Source: Candidatus Poribacteria bacterium (GTDB taxonomy: Bacteria; Poribacteria; WGA-4E; WGA-3G). Taken from it: DNA of 64,000 nucleotides. Of this stretch, positions 1 through 9,058 are shown one piece after another. Both the position numbers and the translations under genes were made by a program. Location of the stretch: positions 768,001 through 832,000 of the forward strand of contig CBDANF010000003.1 of NCBI GenBank assembly GCA_965197475.1, written 5' to 3'. Every line of letters starts with the position of its first letter. Position 1 is the stretch's first letter. The notes beneath the pieces were generated by a model, which saw nothing but the letters and a program-made list of their open reading frames with translations, ran no database searches and was not told where the DNA came from.

Positions 1-568
1 TTACCATACCTCCACCACCGAGTGTTAGGTCAAGTCTCCAGTGCCAGTCACTTTGCGGGTTCGGTTCACGATAACTCGCGTGTTGCGCGCAGAACATGCG
101 GAGCCCACCAAGCATCTGTTTTTCATTCATCAGCTATTCCGCTGTGTGGCGACTCGGCATTCGTCGGATATTCTCTGCAGTAGCAGCGATTTTGCCATTT
201 GCTTTTGCAGCGGCAATAATCGCATGGGTTGCTTTTACAGTAACCCCCATCGGCTTTTCAACCATGACGTTGACACCAGCGTTGAGACATTTAATGGCGT
301 TGATATGGTGATGCGCGTGTGAAGTGCAAATATCTGCGCTGTCTAAATCAACTGTTGAAAGCATTGTGTCAGTGTCGTCAAACACTGCAGGTTTCTTACC
401 TGTTACCTCTTTGACACGGTTGGCGAAGTTATCCGCACGATCTTTAACTTCATCGCACATCGCGACGAGTTCCACTTTACCGGGTTCTGTATTGTGAATT
501 GTAAGATAAGCGTTGAGATGACCGTTTGCCATTCCACCACAACCGATAATCGCAATCCGAATTGACAT
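1..568 (-). pseudogene. Gfo/Idh/MocA oxidoreductase with in-frame TAG at 134-136; runs off left edge
   Basis: IAIIGCGGMA Rossmann motif and EKPM motif. Past the TAG the frame stays open and Gfo-like (LMNEKQMLG...WHWRLDLTLGGGGMV). Confidence 0.8.
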
Positions 569-908
569 GAGATCCACCCTTTTCAAAGTAAGAAATTTCT
601 GTAAGACTTTTTGATATAAGAAACGAAAAGTAGAATACTACAGATACGGATTTTTGGCAATCTGTAAGTTTTTGGCAGCATAGAATGTCCGCGCTTTTAC
701 TTCATGTTGAAGCGTTTTGGCTTAAAGTAATTGGGTTGTTATGAAGGAAGGAATAAAATGGCAGGGAAAACGCCAATTCAATTTCCGGATGTCTTTGATA
801 TGATATGAAATTTGGAATAGGTAAGATTGAAGGACTCACCGTAAAAGGCAACTATTAAAATTATCTCTCACGGTGATTTTCCTACATGATTGATATAAGT
901 TATAGCAA

Positions 909-1283
909 CTACGGATAATGAATCCCCAATTTGCGGCACATCTTTCGGATTTTACTAATCGCGCCGCCGACTCTCCTCCCGTCTCGTGTGACACCAAAGA
1001 GATGTTGGCTTACAACGCGGCGAGAAATACCCAGAATATCTCCAATCTCATCCTGCGTTTTCCCTTCATAGAAATAGAGTTGAATGCAATCGTTTTGACG
1101 GTCAGTGAGTTCTTTGGAGATAATCTGACGAATCTGTTTTAAGACTTTCTGTCGTTTTGCTCGACGCGCCTTTGTATATTCGTCAGATAGGGACTGATAC
1201 CAGAGGTGGTCTTCCGTAGTCAGTTGGTCAAAAAATTCCGGTGGGACCGGAACTTCCCAAAAGTCCGGATTAAAATTGGACAT
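909..1283 (-). CDS. Stand-alone sigma-70 region 4 (HTH) domain protein
   Basis: LTDRQNDCIQLYFYEGKTQDEIGDILGISRRVVSQHL matches region 4; no region 2 seen; GAGGAG RBS. Confidence 0.75.
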   Translation of the reverse strand: MSNFNPDFWEVPVPPEFFDQLTTEDHLWYQSLSDEYTKARRAKRQKVLKQIRQIISKELTDRQNDCIQLYFYEGKTQDEIGDILGISRRVVSQHLFGVTRDGRRVGGAISKIRKMCRKLGIHYP

Positions 1284-1331
1284 AGATAACGACTCCTCAG
1301 AATGAAGCGCGGGTACCTATGCCATTTCAAA

Positions 1332-1412
1332 TCAATATATTGATAATGGACAGAGGCACCATCGCCTTAGACACAATATGAGATTAAGGGTGGCGTGGTT
1401 CAAAGACAACAT
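1332..1412 (-). CDS. Putative 26-aa leader peptide MLSLNHATLNLILCLRRWCLCPLSIY
   Basis: AAGGAGG RBS a few nt upstream of the ATG; stop lies inside the palindrome ATCAATATATTGAT. Confidence 0.4.
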   Translation of the reverse strand: MLSLNHATLNLILCLRRWCLCPLSIY

Positions 1413-2029
1413 AATGGTTCCTCCTTGTTTTTGTGTAAGTGTTAGGATGCTGAATAGACATCAATGAAATCTCATGCATATATTCTTCATGCAAAAGTAT
1501 ACAATAAAACTAAAAAAATCGCAATGGTTTTACCTATACACATTTTCGGATGCACTTTTGCAATAAAATACAGAAAAAAGTTAAAACGTAACGCAAAATT
1601 CGAATTATTGAGTTTCATTGCGTTTAACCCGTAGGTGGCAATAAAGAAAATACCTCTGCTTTTATGTTGTTATGCGGTGTGTTGTCTGAATCGCGAATTT
1701 ACGCGGATTTCGGGAAACCTTCTGTGAAATCAACACCGAAGGCGCGCATGGAATTTCGCGGCTACAAATGCCGTAAACCTAAAGAAAATTGTAATTTCGT
1801 TTGGAGTTGAAAGGAGGACAGTGTAGATTAGATGGATGGGTTGTTGCACATCTCATGTAGGATTTATTGGTTATCGCCGAAGTAACATTTGTTCATTATC
1901 TGGTCATCTTGCCTCGCGATCTTTCTCAAGAACTTGCTTATCAAATTGTGCTACGATTTTTTTACAAATATCAGGTAATTCTTTAATATTAAAATCTGAT
2001 AAATAGGCTCCGTAAATATTCTCATATAA

Positions 2030-3030
2030 TAGACATTATAATGAATTAAATAGAAGGAGTTTCATAACGCCAGGGTCTGAAGTTTAGGCGAAAATTGTGT
2101 AAACCACAACAGGTTTCCATAACTAAATCACAAAACCCTTTCTTCCAATTCCTGAGTTTATCTTTGACAATGCGGCATCTTTTGACACCACTAATCGCAT
2201 GTTCAACGCGTATGTGTATAGACGCTATCTTTCGATTGTTTTCTTTTTCTTCATTCGTCCGTTCTCTACCTCTCGGTTTTTTCTTCGGTTGAATGATGTT
2301 TATATCCGGGAGAACGAAACCCTGAAAACCGGTATCTTGGGACAATGTGCTACCCTGTGGCACACAATAGCCCACCATATCGGCTATGTGTTTGTCATGG
2401 TGTCTTCCTTCAAAAGAAGGTGTCAATAGGACAACTTTGCAGGTCTCATTGATAATCAAATTATTTTTCACTGTATGACATTTCTTTTTACCACTATAAT
2501 AACCCTTTTGAGTTTGTGGGTCTTTGGGGCATCGTATCGGGCGTTCGGTGCTATCATGAAAAAAAATGTTCTCCTTCTTGATTTTGAGTTGATACTTTTG
2601 ATGGAGCACATATAGGGGCGGGGTCTGTTTCCCGAGATGGCAACTCTCCAAGTTCTGCTAATGCTTTGTTCAATATCGATAAAAGCAAGTGAATCCATCT
2701 ATTAGCAAGAGGTTGAGACATGCCAAAGAGCGCACCGAATAGCACTTGTTTCGGTGCTTCACGAAGGTAAATCAGTATAAATAGCAACATATCTTCAGGT
2801 GTATCAAAACGACTATTTTTATACGGTTTATATCTCCGTTTTTTGCGCGGTTTTCCTGCAAGGGTATGTGTTTGAACATACTCTAAAAAACATTTAGTAA
2901 AATAAGGTGATAGTTCAGTCCAATCTTCTAAGGTATATCCGGTGAGGGACAGGAGCGTATCAGGTTTGTCCTTTAGTTCTTGAAAACTTATCATGAGTTA
3001 GCCTCCTATTGTCCGATTGTAATAAGTATA
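2030..3030 (-). mobile_element. IS5-family-like element (DDE_Tnp_4 / HTH_Tnp_4), two-ORF transposase
   Basis: orfA 2554-2994 (HTH) and orfB 2046-~2570 (HDSTERPI, YSGKKKCHT, DTGFQG, RVEHAISG) joined at a T8 run near 2559-2566. TATAATAGA occurs at both ends (2025-2033, 3027-3035). Boundaries approximate. Confidence 0.8.
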
Positions 3031-3053
3031 ATAGAGACTAACCAAACGGACAA

Positions 3054-3641
3054 CTAATTAGTTATAATGTCTAATATTTCCTCTGGAAATACTTTAGATA
3101 AATGAGATTTTATAGAGGATTCATATATTGGCGTGGAATCCTCAAGAATTGCTTCGACTCTTTCATGGAGTACTTGACGTTGTTCCTTGCTAGACATTTT
3201 TTGAGTATAAACAGCTGCGAGTACTATTCGGCCAGTTTTAACACCTGTTTTATACTTTTCTTCACTCGCCTTAACACGTAAACTGTATTCAATAATATCT
3301 TTTTCAGAGGTTCTAAGCTTATTGAGTAGCTCAACCGGCTCAACTTTCACATCTGTAAAATTTAGTAATTCTCTTTTAATATTGCTTTCGATTGCCTTTT
3401 CAATGGTTTCGTCATTAATATCTATTAATAACTCAACATGAAATTCAACGAGTGGTGAATCTCTACGTTTAACTCGTAAACTTTGCAGGTCTCGTAAAAT
3501 TTCAACCGATTCTTTAGTGATTTTTCCATCACCGCTTATCAACACTTCAACTCGGCGTCCAGGAGGTTGTCCTGTAAAATAAAGAAAGCAAATAATAGTA
3601 ATTGCAGCGAGTAATAAAAGTATCCAAACTTTTTTCATCAA
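3054..3641 (-). CDS. Hypothetical membrane-anchored protein, 3' end possibly disrupted
   Basis: N-terminal hydrophobic segment; AT-rich. A plausible C-terminal fragment (LYENIYGAYLSD...REAR) lies beyond the IS at ~1905-2029. Confidence 0.55.
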   Translation of the reverse strand: MMKKVWILLLLAAITIICFLYFTGQPPGRRVEVLISGDGKITKESVEILRDLQSLRVKRRDSPLVEFHVELLIDINDETIEKAIESNIKRELLNFTDVKVEPVELLNKLRTSEKDIIEYSLRVKASEEKYKTGVKTGRIVLAAVYTQKMSSKEQRQVLHERVEAILEDSTPIYESSIKSHLSKVFPEEILDIITN

Positions 3642-3682
3642 TGTTCCCTTTTAATAATTCATATTGCCGTGTTTTCACTTCG

Positions 3683-5116
3683 CTAACTGAGATTACGCAG
3701 GTTTATCTCAATAAGACGTTTGAGATCCTCGTCCTCTGCTTGTGTTGCAAGTTCCAATGCTATTCGGAGATCGTCCTTTTCCTCTTCAATGAGTCCCAGT
3801 AAATCCTTCGCAAGCGAACGATAATAGTAGTAATTGGCTAATGATGCTTCATCTTTTTCGAGACAGATAGCTGTGTTGAAATCGGCAATAGCATCTTCAT
3901 ACTGTGACAGGTTCCCTTTTGCTTTTCCACGATTAAAATAGGCTTCTGCATGTTTGGGGTTTAGGGAAATTGCATCGGAAAAATCGTTGATAGCGGTATC
4001 ATATCGTCCGCGCTCGTTATTCGCGAGTCCTCGCCAATAGTAACTTTTAGCATCATTAGGGTTCAGGTTGATAGCCGTGTCAAAATCGGCAATAGCATCT
4101 TCATATCCACCCTGATATTGTCCAAAAACGTATTTTGAAACTCCACGCCAGTGATAACTCTCGGCATTATTGGGATTTATATTGATAGCCTTATCAAAAT
4201 CAGCGATGGCATCTTCATGTTGACTTAGTCGGAATTTAGCGATTCCTCGCCAGTGATAACTCTCGGCATTATTGGGATTTATGTTGGTAGCCTTATCAAA
4301 ATCAGTGATGGCATCTTCATGTTGTTCATTTTCTCCTTTAGCAAGTCCACGCAAGAAGTAAGTTTGGGCATCATTGGGGTCTATACCAATCGCTTCGTCA
4401 TAGTAGGCAGTGGCTTGCTCATATTCACCTCTTTGATATGATTCTGAACCGCGATCCCTATAGTCAGAAGTATCAGGCTGAAAATACGATATACCCTCAC
4501 TTCGTAGGCGTGCGAAACCATCAAAGTCCGGAACAGCATTGCTTCAGTGATATCTGCCACTTCTCGCAACTCGGTTAGAATATCTTGCTTGCTGCCTTCT
4601 TGAATGATACATTCTTCATCCGCTTCAAATTGGAAATGTCCAAACAGGAAGATAGACTGCTGTGCAATAATACGATTGTTTAAATGCCGAGGTTGCCATT
4701 GATACAACCGAGCCATCTCACCGTCTTGAAGAAAGTAATCAATCTTTTCTTTTAACAATTCTGGCGTGATCTTTTTAAACTTAGCTCGATCTTTACGAAC
4801 CGCAAGAACCTTACCATTTGGAGGATTGCAATGTTGAGGGGTTTTCGGATCCTGTCCGCAGGCAAACCATAGTGCAACTTGAGCACTATAGGAGAAATCT
4901 ATCAAACAAGTGGCTGCTCCATGATGCTGAAGTTCAGCAAGTACTTCTAAATCCTCTAATTCCCGTCCATTTTTCTCGTCGATACCTTGCAGGCGTGCAT
5001 CTTCAATCAAACTCTTATTTATTTCAACGAATTTTTTAAAATTTCTGTTACTTTTTGGGCGGCGAAAAGCGGAAGCTTGTATTCCGTATGTTTCATTTGG
5101 CACCCCGCGAAATAGG
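3683..5116 (-). pseudogene. FRG domain + TPR repeat protein; frameshift near 4530 and 5' end removed by IS
   Basis: LFRGVPNE, QHHGAATCLIDFSYSAQVALWFAC and NNRIIAQQSIF motifs. Adding one C restores MLFPDFDGFARL and fuses the frame to the TPR ORF 3683-4354. Confidence 0.85.
4146..4325. repeat. Near-identical 102-bp tandem duplication encoding two TPR units
   Basis: CGCCAGTGATAACTCTCGGCATTATTGGGATTTAT at 4146 and 4248. Confidence 0.85.
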
Positions 5117-5220
5117 TCTGATATTTCTCAGAATGGTCTTGAACCTAATAATAATCAATAGAAACAAGGTATAGCACCATGAAAATGCGTTTTTGCTGTG
5201 TCCATTTTCCTTGACTTTTA

Positions 5221-5287
5221 TAGCATGAGATAGCATCCTAATTACAGATTTGAATATAAACAAACATTAGGAGGATATCTCATGCTA
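5221..5287 (+). promoter_or_regulatory. Hairpin sequestering the transposase RBS and ATG
   Basis: TAGCATGAGATA...TCCTAAT pairs with ATTAGGA-GGA-TATCTCATGCTA. Confidence 0.7.
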
Positions 5288-6436
5288 ACTCAGCTTATCA
5301 AATCTACCACTTTTTTTCAAGAACTTCTATCTTCACAGTTTCGGACCTTGAAACAGCATTTTGTTCATACCTTAGTGTTTTTGTCAACCTGCCATCTGTT
5401 TGGGCTCACTAACCCGGATCAAGTGGCGGATGCGTTGTCTATTCCGAAAACGAGGCTATATCGGGAACTGAACACGATGAGTCTTTATCTCTGGCAGCAT
5501 CTTTTTGTGCGTATCGGGTGTTCTATTGCGTTAGAGGTGCTACAGGAGGCAGTATCAAAAAGTGCTGCTTCTCTATCGCGTCTGTGTATCGTCATCAGTG
5601 TGGATGATACCTTTGTTTTCCGCTATGGAGAGGGTCTCGCCTACACATCCAATTGGTGGTCTTCTCAAGCAAAACAGCCGATGAAGGGGCAAAATATATT
5701 GGGGATCGTTCTAAAGATTGGAAAACGGATCATTCCCCTGAATATGCGACTGATCAGCAAACAAGGCCGCGGGAATACGGATAAACCCTCCTGTGTCATC
5801 ACTATGTTCAAGGAAGTGGTGTTCTTCTTTGAAGAGACCGGAATAGATATCCGAAACTATCCGATCACCTTTGATTCGTGGTATGGTAGCCGCCACTTGA
5901 TTGACACCTTGCGAGAAATGGGATTTGAAACGATCCTTGTGCACGGAAAAAGCAACTATGTGATGACGATTGATGAAAAAAGGGCGAAACTCTCGGAACA
6001 TAAAAAGTCGATCAAACTCCTCTCCAATCAATGGGGGTGCGATAAACCGGTCTATCGGACTAAAGCCACAAGTCCAACTTTTGGAAAAGTAGTGGTGTTG
6101 TTCTTGGCAGACCGTGGCAAAGTCCGAACAATGCTCGTATTCGGGAAACCACTCCGTGCTTGTGAAATCCTGCGGATATGGTCTCAACACCACGGTATAG
6201 AACAGTATTGGCGGCATCTAAAAACAGACCTAAACCTCGCATCCATGAGCCTAAAAGGACGGAATGGCGCGTATGTGAACTTAGGTGTGAAAGTGATGAG
6301 CTACCTTTTGATACAGCAGGTCAGTCGCTCCGTGCGAAAAACCTTTCATCAAGGACAACTTGAACTTTCAGGACAGAGGCAGATGCTGTCTGATCTCAGC
6401 GAGCATTTTCATGAACAAATACCAAGAAAACATTGA
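5282..6436 (+). CDS. DDE transposase
   Basis: SVDDT, FDSWY and IEQYWRHLK catalytic motifs; GGAGG RBS. Confidence 0.9.
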   Translation: MLTQLIKSTTFFQELLSSQFRTLKQHFVHTLVFLSTCHLFGLTNPDQVADALSIPKTRLYRELNTMSLYLWQHLFVRIGCSIALEVLQEAVSKSAASLSRLCIVISVDDTFVFRYGEGLAYTSNWWSSQAKQPMKGQNILGIVLKIGKRIIPLNMRLISKQGRGNTDKPSCVITMFKEVVFFFEETGIDIRNYPITFDSWYGSRHLIDTLREMGFETILVHGKSNYVMTIDEKRAKLSEHKKSIKLLSNQWGCDKPVYRTKATSPTFGKVVVLFLADRGKVRTMLVFGKPLRACEILRIWSQHHGIEQYWRHLKTDLNLASMSLKGRNGAYVNLGVKVMSYLLIQQVSRSVRKTFHQGQLELSGQRQMLSDLSEHFHEQIPRKH

Positions 6437-6474
6437 TAAACATTGACATATGAAGAATTTTGATAAATATCAGA

Positions 6475-6584
6475 AGTAGTTCGCCCTTCTCCCATTTTCC
6501 TAATTCTGGAACAGTACCTGCAAAGGCACTAAATCCTATTAGCATAGTCATTAAGAATACATTTACAATAATAACTCTGTTCAC
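6475..6584 (-). pseudogene. 5' fragment of a secreted protein truncated by the IS
   Basis: AAGGAG RBS; signal peptide MNRVIIVNVFLMTMLIGFSAFA; frame runs into the IS TIR. Confidence 0.6.
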
Positions 6585-6627
6585 GTAAATTTCTCCTTTG
6601 CGCGCTTTGCAGGCGCGCCTTATATGA

Positions 6628-6995
6628 TTAATTTTTTCCCCGCATGAGAGATTCTATCTCAGGCAGTATTTCAGCCACTGCTGCTTGGTCAACCTATTCA
6701 GCGATACCCGAATAACCTGCGGTGTTTATCATCTCAGCGAGATTTTGTCCGAGTTGTTCAATTGTCCATGCAACCGAATCCGGCACACTTGTTTTATCAA
6801 GTTTCCGATGATCGTTCTTTCCTGAAGGATCGTAGTGATAGTGTGGGTTTTTTCGGAAGCAGTCAAAACGTAGCAGTTGAACATTTTGCCATCTGCTTCA
6901 CCGAAAACGCGCACGGAAGGACCGCCATCTTCACCGAAATTACGATTGTCCACATGGAATTCAACGCCACCAGCGTGGAATATTTTTTCTTCCAT
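6628..6995 (-). pseudogene. Conserved hypothetical protein (LRFDCF...PHYHY motif) with a frameshift and an in-frame TAG
   Basis: One base missing in the A-run at 6884-6887 restores VQLLRFDCFRKNPHYHYDP; TAG at 6694-6696; natural TAA at 6628. Confidence 0.7.
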
Positions 6996-7140
6996 GATTT
7001 TTCTCCCTGTTTGTTAGAGATTTTGAGCAATTATACATTAAAATCTTTGTTCGTGTCAACTGAAAAATAACTAACGTTGAGCAACGCGGTAGGCAAAAAT
7101 CACCCAAAATCTTTTTTATAGCATTTACTATAAAAAACAC

Positions 7141-7169
7141 TTGCAAACCTGATAACAACATGCTATACT
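7141..7169 (+). promoter_or_regulatory. Sigma70-type promoter of the moaA-suf run
   Basis: TTGCAA-17 bp-TATACT with extended TGn. Confidence 0.55.
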
Positions 7170-7198
7170 ATTAAAAAATCAAATCGGTTTATTTAACA

Positions 7199-8194
7199 AT
7201 GAAACAGCAACTACTCGATGGTTTTGGACGTGTCCATACGAACCTCAGAATCTCCGTTACAGATGTATGCAACTTTCGGTGCATCTACTGTATGCCTGAA
7301 GATATGGTATTTATGCCTGGTTCGGCAGTGATGACGTACGACGAGATTCTGCATTTTACACGTATCTTTGTCGGGCTTGGAGTCAATAAGGTTCGGATAA
7401 CGGGAGGCGAACCGCTTGTGCGTCCCGGGGTACCGCAACTTATAGAACAACTTGGGCAGATAGATGCGTTGAAAGACATCAGTTTGACAACTAACGGCAT
7501 CGGACTTATTGCACAAGCACAGGCACTTTACGATGCTGGACTTAGACGTATCAATGTGAGTCTGGATACGCTCAACGAAGAGAAGTTTGAGCAGATGACG
7601 CGACGGAAAGTCCTTTCACGTGTCCTTAAAGGGCTTAAAGCGGCACACGAATGCGGATTCAATCCGATTAAAGTCAACGCTGTCGCAATGCGCGGGTTTA
7701 CCGACGATGAAATCGTGGATTTAGCCACTTTCGCACGCGAGAACAGTTATCAACTGCGGTTCATAGAATTTATGCCGCTTGATGCCGATGATATTTGGGG
7801 ACGAAATATGTTTATCCCCGGCAAAGAGATTATTGATAAAATTAGCAATGTTTACCCACTGGAACGGATGACACTAAACGGCGATTCAAAGAGCGATACA
7901 GCACAACGTTTCCGCTTCGCTGATAACGGCACTGAGGTAGGCGTGATACCTTCCGTAAGTGAGCCATTTTGTGAAAGTTGTAATCGGATCCGTCTCACTG
8001 CTGATGGGAAGTTCAGAACGTGCCTCTTCTCAATAACAGAGACCGACCTACTCACGCCATTACGCGAAGGCACAGACGATGAAGTGATTGAAGATTTAAT
8101 AATTGATGCAGTGGCGAAAAAAGAGGCGGGACATAAAATTAATGCTGCGGACTTTGTCAAACCTGAGCGGAATATGTCAAGGATCGGCGGATAA
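7199..8194 (+). CDS. moaA: GTP 3',8-cyclase (Moco biosynthesis)
   Basis: CNFRCIYC radical SAM motif, FCESCNRIRLTADG, C-terminal MSRIGG. Confidence 0.97.
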   Translation: MKQQLLDGFGRVHTNLRISVTDVCNFRCIYCMPEDMVFMPGSAVMTYDEILHFTRIFVGLGVNKVRITGGEPLVRPGVPQLIEQLGQIDALKDISLTTNGIGLIAQAQALYDAGLRRINVSLDTLNEEKFEQMTRRKVLSRVLKGLKAAHECGFNPIKVNAVAMRGFTDDEIVDLATFARENSYQLRFIEFMPLDADDIWGRNMFIPGKEIIDKISNVYPLERMTLNGDSKSDTAQRFRFADNGTEVGVIPSVSEPFCESCNRIRLTADGKFRTCLFSITETDLLTPLREGTDDEVIEDLIIDAVAKKEAGHKINAADFVKPERNMSRIGG

Positions 8195-8251
8195 GCACTA
8201 ATACACGCAAAAATAACAAATCTAAATTTAAGAAGGAGTCCGAGTCAAAAG

Positions 8252-9043
8252 ATGAGCAACGACCTAATAATTAAAGACTTACACATCAGTGCGCAAGGAA
8301 ATCCGATTATCAAAGGGTTAAATTTAACAATAAAACAAGGCGAAGTTCATGCCCTCATGGGACCCAATGGTTCTGGTAAAAGCACACTCGCGAACGGATT
8401 GATGGGACACCCCCTATACGAAATTGAATCGGGCGAGGTAGTTTTTGATGGTGTTGATATTCTGGAATTGGAGCCGAATGAACGCGCAAAGTTAGGACTT
8501 TTCCTCGCTTTTCAATACCCGACAGTTATTCCGGGTGTTAGTTTAGCGAATTTCCTACGGCTCGCTGTTAGTGCTGTTCGTTCTGCAGAAACAAACGGTT
8601 CCGAAAACAACGAACTGATTCCGATGCGGGAATTCCGTAAAGAACTACGTGAAAAAATGTTACAACTCGGCGTGGACGATTCTTTCGCGAGACGTTATCT
8701 CAATGATGGATTTTCCGGTGGTGAGAAAAAACGCGCCGAAATCCTGCAAATGGCGATGCTTGAACCGAAAATCGCTATCCTTGACGAAACTGACTCCGGA
8801 CTTGATATTGATGCTGTGCGAATTGTCGGAGAAAGCGTCAGCAGCTTGGTCGGACCTGAACTCGGTGTGTTGATTATCACACACTATCCTCGGTTGTTAG
8901 ACTACATCCGTCCGCAGTATGTGCATATACTACTTGATGGTAGGATTGTCGAATCCGGCGGATGGGAACTTACACAGATGTTAGAAGCAGAAGGCTATGA
9001 TCCTATTCGTGAAAAATATGGTATTGCTGAGGCTGTTCAGTAA
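8252..9043 (+). CDS. sufC: Fe-S cluster assembly ATPase
   Basis: GPNGSGKST, FLAFQYP, GFSGGEKKR, LDETDSGLDID. Confidence 0.97.
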   Translation: MSNDLIIKDLHISAQGNPIIKGLNLTIKQGEVHALMGPNGSGKSTLANGLMGHPLYEIESGEVVFDGVDILELEPNERAKLGLFLAFQYPTVIPGVSLANFLRLAVSAVRSAETNGSENNELIPMREFRKELREKMLQLGVDDSFARRYLNDGFSGGEKKRAEILQMAMLEPKIAILDETDSGLDIDAVRIVGESVSSLVGPELGVLIITHYPRLLDYIRPQYVHILLDGRIVESGGWELTQMLEAEGYDPIREKYGIAEAVQ

Positions 9044-9058
9044 ATATCCTAAGAGGAA

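Larger units (their letters stand above)
5117..6474 (+). mobile_element. IS element (IS4/IS701-like DDE) with 18-bp imperfect TIRs
   Basis: TIRs TCTGATATTTCTCAGAAT / reverse complement TCTGATATTTATCAAAAT; no matching target duplication. Confidence 0.85.

Noticed and set aside
134-6696. TAG recoding or pyrrolysine, suggested by in-frame TAGs at 134-136 and 6694-6696
   Set aside because: Many intact genes here end in TAG (e.g. mazF, CoxS-like, Mo subunit), one affected gene also has a frameshift, and no pyl genes are present.
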